64,000 bases of DNA, from assembly GCA_963663965.2 (NCBI GenBank), contig CAXXFK010000031.1:96001-160000 (forward strand). Reading direction: 5' to 3'. This DNA is from Sedimentisphaerales bacterium. GTDB lineage: Bacteria; Planctomycetota; Phycisphaerae; Sedimentisphaerales; SM23-30. The translations under genes and the position numbers were made by a program. Of the stretch, positions 55,392 to 64,000 are shown in pieces; position 1 is the stretch's first letter, and each line of letters opens with the position of its first letter. Below the pieces are notes generated by a model. It did not search any database. It worked only from the letters and a program-made list of their open reading frames with translations, and had not been told where the DNA came from.

Positions 55392-55569
55392 GTGCCATGA
55401 AATGGCGTAAGTGTTTTCGAAATAACATCTTACATCATATCGTCGTGTGCCAGTAATTATTTAGTACACACATTTAGCACACTTAATCTGTCAAAGGAAC
55501 AACTCAAATACTCGTTTAAACATAAAAAAACGGGGTTTCTCTGCAATTTAACACGAGTAGAAATTCTTT

Positions 55570-58500
55570 TACCCCCCGCCCGAGTATTTCAGTACCCAAA
55601 CTGGACGGGGATCATCTTTATCCACGGCAGCAATAATCATCTCAGAGCCCGGGTTGTCTTTGCCTGTACCTACATCACCCATACCATAACCCCTTTATCC
55701 CAACACAGAGATGGATTTAAGGTATTCAGGAGTGGGATAGCCCTCAGCATGTACCTTGAGATTGTCATACACCTGCTCGTATGCGTTAACGATTTTGTCG
55801 AGCATGGCGGTTGAGCTTTGGTTCTTCCTCCAGCATCCGGTCGCAACAATCATACCTTCGACATCATATTCATTGGAACAAACCAAAAAGCGTACCCAAG
55901 ATTGATCATCATCTGGGTCAGCGCCGAGATCGGAGGTGTTAATGATACGGGGTTTTTGCAGTATTGGTTTATCAGTTGGTATCGGCTCAATGCACCAGTC
56001 AGCACGTTCTTGGAATTCTTTCTGGAAGTCTTTACGCCACTTGGAGATACTTGACCCACCGGGACCATCAACATAATGATTCGTACCGGTTACGCGCTTG
56101 TATTGTCCACCCCAACTTTCCTGTGTAGGATCTTCTGGATCGTTGATGCCGCGATTAGCACTGACAAGGTACATAAACGCCGGTGAATCCCCTTCGCATA
56201 CCCCGGTGCATCCCATGCCTTCATGAGGGTAAATATCACAGAGAGAGCCATGATTGTTACGGATGTTTTCATTGACCCATGCAAGGTTCGAAACCGGGTC
56301 ACTGCCTCCGAAAAAGCCCTGATAGGTTTTTCTTGATTCGATAATAAACAACTCAGGAAATTCATCCATGAGCCAACTGTGCGTGCAGTCCTGATAAGCG
56401 ATCAGGAAGATGCGAAGCTTGCGGAGAAATGACTTGAACTCTTCTTCGCTGCGATCATTTCGAACCCTCCAGATGGCCTGGGAAAGCTCACGCGGTGTGC
56501 CCCAGACCTCCGATCCATAACGGCCGTGGATCCGGTTTATCCGCGGCAGCTATGATTGCATTGGAGGCCTCACTGTCCTTGCCTTCGCCAATAATGTCAG
56601 AAACCGGTTGACTATTGCTCCCCCCATTGAATGCTTAAACCGTGATTATTACCCAGCCCCTCGTAGGTGACCGAACGCAGGTAGTCCGCTGTGGGATACT
56701 CAGGATCATGGCTCTTTAAGTTCTCATACACCATCTCGTATCGGTCAAGTACGCCCAACATATTTATCTTATGAGCTTCCATGGCGAAGGTGCCTGCTCC
56801 GGCAACCAATCCCTCTACATCAAACTCATTGGCATACAACAGGAAACGAACCATCGACTGCATATCATCAGGATCGCTTTTTTGCGTGTTGGGTACATCG
56901 CCACTCTTTACGAACGCCTATTGGAGGGAAATCAGACATCATAATTACACGAAGTTTTCCGGGAGCACTTGATGATCGGTCAGTCGGGGCCGGATCGAAT
57001 GGAGCAGTCAAGCGCGATTCAATGAAACTGGATATCTCATCATGAGGGGCCTTCTGGTGGAATCCAAATACACAAACTGCATCCGTTCCCGTATAAGCCC
57101 GCTTATCCTCATCCCTGCCGAAACTGAAGATTACCATATTCAGGCCTTGCCTCCAGCCTTCGTCCCCGGCGCTGTCAGGCCCGACATCCTTTACTCCGAC
57201 ATAAAAGACCTGGGGATCCTTCGGATCGCTATCTGCCAAATAGAAGAACGGCGAGGGGAACTTGTTTCCAAACTCCGGTTCAAGATATCCCAATCCGCCA
57301 GTTTTTGCACTCCCGGTGATTTCCCGTCCTTAAGGACATAGTAGTCCTTCTCGACTGAGACATCTCTGCTCTCCCCCAATGGGTCCTTCGTAGAGGAAAG
57401 CGTATTTTTTGTTTGCTTTCAGAACCTTTATCGCGGCGTGAGTTGTGAAGAAGTGATATTCCAACTCGTAATCTGAATTGGCGGATCTCATGATTAAGTG
57501 ATCCCCTTCAAGCTTGTCGGTGAATGCGATATCATTGCCATTTGCATCCACCCAAAGTGTCTGGGCACCACTACTCCTTTGAGGATGGTCAAAATTACCT
57601 TCCCCGAAATTCGGCCAACCCCGATACTCGTGTCTTCCACCCGTATTTGGAGATATGTTGAATCCCCTGTCCGCGTCATTTCCAATCCAATCATTTCCGG
57701 CTTGATCGAAAGCACTGCTGAAGCCAGACTTTCCCTGGGTCTCACCGTTTTCGAAGTACCAAGTACCTCCCGCCGCCGCAATTTTCCAACACATGTTGCC
57801 AAAGTGCTCGACCTTTGTCACCACGACTTTATCCGGATAAGGCATATAGGATGTCCCAGCCGCGGGCTCCTTTTCTTCTTTGTCAACCTTAACCGGATCT
57901 GCCATGCTCTCTGCCACATTTGCAGCCAGTTGCAATTTTTGGCCGGACTGTGAAGCGATCTCATCGGCCTTAAGAGCACCATTTCCGTCTTTAGAGCTGC
58001 CAAAAATCTGCAAGGCGCGAATCTCACCGCGAAACTGACGATCCATGCCGTAGGCCTTCATGGTTTCGTTAAAGTTGCCAACCACAAGAGGTCCAACATC
58101 ACTATCAACCGGACCAGGATTATAAGATGTTTTTTGGTCCAGACTGACAGTGGATTGCCCGGGTGTGTCAGAGGGTGTGCTGAAATACCAGCTCATATTG
58201 TCGCTGGACGCTGTTGAATCATAGCTTACAGCAAAGAATGTCCATTTGCCAACCTGCAGCTTGCCGGCGGAACTGTCATTTTGAATCTGATCCGGCCATT
58301 CGTTAACAGACAAACGCATACGGCCATCGTTATGATGAACGAGGTCGATGCCGGATCGATTTTCCTTGAGGCAAAACAGGATTCGATTGCCGCCGTGGCC
58401 GATTTGGAGGCTATCGGGCTTCACCCATCCCATAATGGTAAAGGAACGCAGAACTTTCAAGCTTTCCATTGCATCTTCACCAACTTTAATCCACCCCCAT

Positions 58501-60449
58501 GGGGCTCCATCGATAAGTTGAAATGAACCATCGCCGGCACGTTTTGCTGTACCTACGAACTTTACTGAAGGTGTATCTTTATCGTCAGCTATACCTACAT
58601 GTACAATAGGCTTAGCACTCACCTTGCTGTCTGTTTTCTTTAACTTGGCCCATGCCTTAGCTATATTTTCTGCAAACTGTTCTGCGTCACCGTCGAACTG
58701 AATTACTGAAAGCCCTTTACCATCCCAGCTGCCCATAGTGGCTGGATCGTATCCGGAGATATAGTAGCCGGCTCCTTCGTAGTAGGTCACTGCTGGATGG
58801 TCAGCCCAGGCTTTCTTTTGGCCTTTCTGTTCAATGAACATTGCTTTACCCTGCGTCAGGTTATGGGCTTCCATGGCTTTCAGCGTGGAATCTTCATCAG
58901 TCCACTCCGTCCAGTTCACCACCAGATCCTCAGTTATGTGCGACTGCAACCAATAGGTATGGTCGGTCATTTTAGCATCAGGATATTGCGTCGAAATGTA
59001 TTCATACAGCCATTGCCTGAAAGATAGATTCGTACTGATCGTATCATTGCCCGTTGGTTTAAAGATTATCCTGCGGTAATCGCTAAGGTTATGCGTACCA
59101 TCATCAATAACCTCGCATATCAACATGAAAGCTCTTCCCACCGGAATCGGACGGGATATCTATCATGGCAACACTTGAGCTGCTGTTTGAGATATTGACA
59201 TCATCAGTATATGTACCCGCTTCGGATAATACCCACCACTTGAAGGTCAGCTTGTCGTCATCCGGATCAAATGTATCAGATGCGTCGAGTGTGATAGTCG
59301 AACCCTCCTGAGGCCTTTTCGTAATTATAGCAATACCGTCGTCACCATCAATGACAATGACCGGATTCCGGTTACCTGCACCGTCTTTTGCCCAGTCCAT
59401 TCGGGCTGCAAAGTTGTTAAATGTTGCCTGGTAAAAATATTGTTGATATTTTGAGGAAATGTTTCTTGCATTGCCGCTGTGGTTTTGATACGCATTGGTT
59501 GCGTTGTCCTTGCATTGACCAAATTCAAAATAACCGCCCCAGCCGACTTGATTTGGGATCTGCGGATCATTCAGTCCAGTAGGCATGAGATGAAGAAACG
59601 CGGGAGTATCACCTTCAACTCCATACTTATATTTCGGATACCTGTTGCCCAAATTGCCATGGCCCTGGATATGGTTTGATATTCATCCCATCTGCTTCTG
59701 CCGGTGCCATTCTGATAGCCCCACGCGGATTCATCCCAAATGAAAAACAGGTCCTTCTCAAACTCTTTGCGCATCCATTGGTGAGAACTTTCCGGCCAAT
59801 TGATTACATTACCCGATTTTTGGGCTCCATCCTGATCCGTGATTGTATAGACGCGAATCTTGCTTAGAAAAGCTTTCAATTGTTCGGGGGTTCGCTCTTG
59901 CTGTACCTGCCAGCATGCCTGGGCAAGCGTGTTTCCTCCACCCCATACCGTTACCCAAATGGGACGATCATCTTCTTCATCAGCCAGTTCAATAATTCTT
60001 TTGCTTCCATCGGAATTGTTATTTTCGCCGATATACTGCTGTCCCCTGTTTTTACTGCCTAACAGGATACGCTCTCTTAAATAATCCGGGCTCGGCCAGT
60101 ATCCGATTTCCTGAGGCTCGGCATCGTGCAGATGTCCCTGCTGGTTGGAGCGTTTCATTAAGTTGGGTAAATCTTTTTCGTATAAATCAATCGTTTCCCG
60201 GATCAGATTCAGACCGGTATCTCCAGCATTGGCCCATACGCTCCAACCGGTTGAATGGATCAGAGCTTCTATTTCATACAAGTCGGCATGGACAAGAAGC
60301 CGAATCATGGATTCCATGTCGTCAGGTTCAACATTGTCGGGCGAGATATCTGTCAGCACAACAAGACGCGGTTTAAGCGGAGCTGCAATGGATGAAGCAG
60401 TTATCCCCAGGGAAAGCAGCATAAGCATCATTATTAAGTTGTTCTTCAA
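55570..60449 (-). pseudogene. Secreted polyprotein with three DUF1593 (nucleoside-hydrolase-like) domains and a LamG domain; multiple frameshifts, an in-frame TAA and 3' truncation
   Basis: PRLVVLTD..EPDDMESMIRLL; LRVIMMSD..DPDDMQSMVRFLLYANEFDVEGL; PRIINTSDLGADPDDDQSWVRFL; EGDTPAF/EGDSPAF; in frame after TAA 55695: [21 protein letters not shown]. Confidence 0.78.
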
Positions 60450-60668
60450 TGTAATTTCTCCGTTAACAGTAGTTCAGTATTCACAGTTACTTTTGTGTTT
60501 CATCAACTGTATCGAGCATCTAACCATTAACTAGAGTTTAATTAAGAATCCAGCAATTTCTTCCTTTATTTAAGAAACAATCTGTTGTATTCATAGGTCT
60601 AAACATAAAATGCATATCCCCGGCGGTTCAATTCTTTCAGGGCAAATGTACTCGGGAATTAGTTTACA

Positions 60669-63600
60669 TTAATAACCACGCGACGATAGGCGTAAAGATT
60701 GGGAGAGCCATTGTCTCGCAGCGTTAAGATATATATAGATCGTCTTGCCCCCCGCATCAGACGGAACTGATACTGTTGCAGATGACGAAGTACTGCCCGA
60801 AATCGACACAGGGCTTTTATAGGAACTGGGTTCAGCGTAAACTGCCCATGAATAAACCAGTGAATTGCCGTCCGGGTCGCTGGAACCGGCTGCGCTGAGA
60901 GCAACGCTGGAACCGGCGGAGGCCGAGACGGTCAGCACTTGCCTTGTGCTGTCATCATTGACAACCGCAACAGGATGATGGTTGCAACTGGAGTAGTTGC
61001 TGGTTAAAGTCCAGTCCATGCGGGCGGCAAAATCATTCTCAATGGCGGTTTTCCAGCGACTTATCGAACTGCCGCCTTCCGAAGCATCGCCGTACATATA
61101 GTATGGATCGTATGCCGATTCACCAGTGACCGCCGACATTCCTCGGCTGTTAGCCACTTTGGTCAGAATCATACGTCCGCCCCAACCGCCCCAATTAACA
61201 TGCTCAGGATCGTTGAGGCCATTGAGCAACTGGTAGAAAAACGCAGGGGTGTCACCTTCGTAGGTCCACTCTTTTTCCGGGTATTGAGCCCCCAGCACGC
61301 CGTGATTTTGGATGTTATTGTCATAATAACTATCGCTGGATTGCCAATTATAGACCCCCTTGAAGCGGATATAGAAAAGACTCGGAAAGGTTTTGGTCAT
61401 CCAGGCCCCGGTTTCATCCTGTCCCAGGATGTCATACACCCGCAGTTTGCTCACAAATTGATCAACCTGGGCCGGGGTCCGCGTGTTCTTAACTTTCCAC
61501 AGCGCCTGCGCCAGGGTGTTTCCACCGCCCCAGAAGTTAACCCAAACAGGGCGGGGGTCGTCTTTATCCACCGCGGCAATGATCAGTTCCGAACCGTCGC
61601 TGTCTTTACCTTCGCCAATCCCAGCCATACCATAACCGGTTTGACCCAGCTTGGAGATGGACTGCAAATATGCAAGGGTGGGATACCCCTCAGCATGTAC
61701 TATGAGTTTGTCATAAACCTGCCCATAAGCGTTCAGTCTGGGATTAAGCAGGTTGTTCATATTGGTTAAGGTCTGAGACTTTTTCCAGCAACTGGTCCCG
61801 ACAATAATGCCTTCAATATCACACTCATTGGCCGTCACCAGCATGCGAACCAACGATTGCAGGTCATCGTTGTCGGCGCCAAGGTCGGTGGTGTTGATCA
61901 CCCGATGCTTCTGAAAAACGGGTCTTTCCCATAGCCAGTTTTGGCTGAGCACACTAAAATCTCTCATATTTACACAGCCGTCACCAGTAACATCGGTTAT
62001 GGGGTCGCTGCATGACAGCCAATCGGCAGCCAGTTCAGTCAAATCATCGATATTAATTCTGTTATCGTCAGTAAACTCCGGGAAATCTGCTGATATTGTC
62101 GTAAAACTTCGTGTCCCCGAAGCATAGGGAGTCGTCCCGTCATAGGCAATCACAGCCCAGTAATAGGTCGTGTCATTGTCCAATGCTTCTGCCGGATCAA
62201 ATGCTTCGGTCCCAACACTATAGCTGGGATTTTCGCTAACGACTGAATTGGTGCCAAGGAAAACCTCGTACGATGTGGGCGTATATGCCATTGGCGCCGT
62301 CCATTGTAAAGCGGTCACAACTGACACATCCTCCTGAACACTGGAAGGATAGATTAAAACAGGCAGATTCGGGTCCGGTTCTTGATTAAATTCAATTTTA
62401 AAACCATTCATCACAAACCACGCCTCATTATAGGCCGTCGAATACGGCTGACAATCAAAGACAAGGGAAACATCCGAACCGTCAGAAACAAGCGTCGTTT
62501 CGAACTTCGCTACGCTGTCAAATGTCGTGGCGCTGCTGTTGGTACACTGAATATCTGTCGTCGTCACTGAACCGGTCGCATCATTGACCGTGACATCGAA
62601 TGTGCCAATATTTGCAGTCGGTTCTGTATCCGTATGGTATGACACCCAGGTATATTCGCCCGCCGGCAGGCCGCTGATCGTCAGCGTCAGAGGATCGCCG
62701 GCCGAACGGGTATCCGAGCCGATCCAGTCCTGCATCAGCGCTTCGGTCGCATCCTCATAGGCCTCCGGGCCCCGGTCGAGCATCTGCATCACCGCATCCA
62801 CCGCACCGGACGCCCAACTGGGAGTCACGCTGACGGTTGTTTCAAACACAGAATAGCTCTGCGTGGTAAAACTGCCTGAACTTTCATGACTGGCCGTATA
62901 TGCCGCATAGTCACTCTGCACTGGGGAACCGGATGTGCCAAAATCAATCCGCAGGGTTTCACCCCCGACGGGAGTGTCGTTAATCGTGGTAAAACTCCAG
63001 GTCTCCTCGGACATATATCCAGTCGTACTGTCATAGGCAACGACGGCCCAATAATAAGTCGTTCCCAAGGCCAGCGGTGTCCCCGGTGTGTACTCTTCGG
63101 TGGATGCAAAATAAACCGGATTATTGGTGACTGTTGAGTCGGTTCCCAGATAGACATCATACCCAGTGGGAGTATAGGCCGTGGGTGATTCCCACTGCAA
63201 CATGGGCAGGATTGATATATTGCCTTGGCCGTCCGACGGTGCTGCCAACACCGGAAGGTTCGGATTCGGAGGAGACACTTCCGGACCATAGACAACAAGA
63301 TCGTCAATGTAGATATCGACACCTGAGGCCGGTCCTTCAATGTAAACATAAAGCTCTTCATCAGTGATCTCTGCGGGAACAGTATAAGTTCCTGAAATGT
63401 ATGTCCAGCCGCTACTGTTAGCGGTACCCCCAATATGACCTGTCCAATTCCCATTGACTCTCCATGTGATAGAAATCGTCGAATCACCCGCGGTACTGGT
63501 TCTAAAGTAACCTGACACATTATAGGTTGCCCCGGGCACTACTTTGTCATACAAATCCTGCTGCATGCCCTGGTAGGTTCCGGTTCTGCCGGTCGAAGCT

Positions 63601-63860
63601 CCGCACCAGGAACCGCCGTGAGGCGATGGTGTCTGTACACCGCTGACAGTGCTGCCGAAGTGGGGAACCCACGGGGATGCATCAGCTCCATTTTCAAATC
63701 CGGGATTGGCCAGGATATTCGTATCACCAAACGCCGGCAGGTTTAGCATCATTAGTAATACGGCTGCTATAAAAAGAGGGCTTCTCCATATATGCTTCGG
63801 TGAATAACACTTGCACATTGCGTGATTGGCATCACCCACCCAGGTAAACTTATTAAACAT
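60669..63860 (-). CDS. Secreted modular protein: CBM4/9-like, two Fn3/Ig-like repeats, dockerin-like EF-hand pair, DUF1593 with C-terminal Ig-like domain (probable frameshift in the last ~20 codons)
   Basis: NILANPGFENG; repeated LPVL..P..LQW..P.AYTPT.Y.V.LGT..YYWAV; DVTGDGCVNMRDFSVLSQNWL; HRVINTTDLGADNDDLQSLVRML; EGDTPAF; FAARMDW. Confidence 0.8.
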   Translation of the reverse strand: MFNKFTWVGDANHAMCKCYSPKHIWRSPLFIAAVLLMMLNLPAFGDTNILANPGFENGADASPWVPHFGSTVSGVQTPSPHGGSWCGASTGRTGTYQGMQQDLYDKVVPGATYNVSGYFRTSTAGDSTISITWRVNGNWTGHIGGTANSSGWTYISGTYTVPAEITDEELYVYIEGPASGVDIYIDDLVVYGPEVSPPNPNLPVLAAPSDGQGNISILPMLQWESPTAYTPTGYDVYLGTDSTVTNNPVYFASTEEYTPGTPLALGTTYYWAVVAYDSTTGYMSEETWSFTTINDTPVGGETLRIDFGTSGSPVQSDYAAYTASHESSGSFTTQSYSVFETTVSVTPSWASGAVDAVMQMLDRGPEAYEDATEALMQDWIGSDTRSAGDPLTLTISGLPAGEYTWVSYHTDTEPTANIGTFDVTVNDATGSVTTTDIQCTNSSATTFDSVAKFETTLVSDGSDVSLVFDCQPYSTAYNEAWFVMNGFKIEFNQEPDPNLPVLIYPSSVQEDVSVVTALQWTAPMAYTPTSYEVFLGTNSVVSENPSYSVGTEAFDPAEALDNDTTYYWAVIAYDGTTPYASGTRSFTTISADFPEFTDDNRINIDDLTELAADWLSCSDPITDVTGDGCVNMRDFSVLSQNWLWERPVFQKHRVINTTDLGADNDDLQSLVRMLVTANECDIEGIIVGTSCWKKSQTLTNMNNLLNPRLNAYGQVYDKLIVHAEGYPTLAYLQSISKLGQTGYGMAGIGEGKDSDGSELIIAAVDKDDPRPVWVNFWGGGNTLAQALWKVKNTRTPAQVDQFVSKLRVYDILGQDETGAWMTKTFPSLFYIRFKGVYNWQSSDSYYDNNIQNHGVLGAQYPEKEWTYEGDTPAFFYQLLNGLNDPEHVNWGGWGGRMILTKVANSRGMSAVTGESAYDPYYMYGDASEGGSSISRWKTAIENDFAARMDWTLTSNYSSCNHHPVAVVNDDSTRQVLTVSASAGSSVALSAAGSSDPDGNSLVYSWAVYAEPSSYKSPVSISGSTSSSATVSVPSDAGGKTIYIYLNAARQWLSQSLRLSSRGY

Positions 63861-63899
63861 ATGTCACCCCCTTAGGTTGCATTTAATTGACATTTTTGC

Positions 63900-64000
63900 G
63901 GTTCTTCCGAAAAATGAGTAGTTAATGTTGCAAAAAGAGAGACATGACTTTACTGTTTGAGGAAAAAAATAAAACCTCATATTAGGAGCTAAAGTCATGT
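63900..64000 (+). mobile_element. Left end of a second ISL3 copy, running off the window
   Basis: Matches the reverse complement of 25950-26050 with one mismatch (GGTTCTTCCG vs GGTTCATCCG). Confidence 0.92.

Noticed and set aside
55695..55697. Stop-codon reassignment (TAA read as Gln)
   Set aside because: TAA ends many intact genes here; a single CAA->TAA change in a truncated gene explains it
1..64000. CRISPR array, rRNA or prophage genes
   Set aside because: No regularly spaced repeats, rRNA-like tracts or phage structural genes seen by eye

Overview
Bacterial chromosome window, probably Planctomycetota (Phycisphaerae/Sedimentisphaerales-like). This is an inference from the elongated ACP and the large secreted LamG/dockerin-like proteins. 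It has four parts. (1) 1-9.1 kb: an atypical type II fatty-acid/polyketide cluster (fabZ-ACP-fabZ-catalytically dead KS-active KS-membrane glycosyltransferase), then a stand-alone LigD phosphoesterase, uvrB and tRNA-Arg(TCG). (2) 9.3-23.9 kb: large secreted glycan-active proteins (PL1 pectate lyase, GH172-PqaA fusion, GH51, a transglutaminase-like protein, a 1272-aa unknown) with a LacI regulator. (3) tmRNA at 24203-24552, whose last 28 nt recur at 55364-55391 and bracket a ~31 kb genomic island with no visible integrase. The island holds a complete ISL3 element (8-bp TSD), IS66 remnants, several gene stubs and a ~21 kb co-oriented module: rpiB-tal-glgP-HAD-ackA-ABC1 kinase-phosphoketolase, a full Na+-type N-ATPase operon (atpDCQRBEFAG) and a GH94 fragment. 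(4) 55.5-64 kb: two very large secreted DUF1593 (nucleoside-hydrolase-like) genes with four DUF1593 copies in total, and the start of a second ISL3 copy. Frameshifts are frequent after ~25 kb and I saw none before it. Sequencing error and real decay cannot be separated from this sequence alone. All family calls come from motif recognition by eye, not from database searches.
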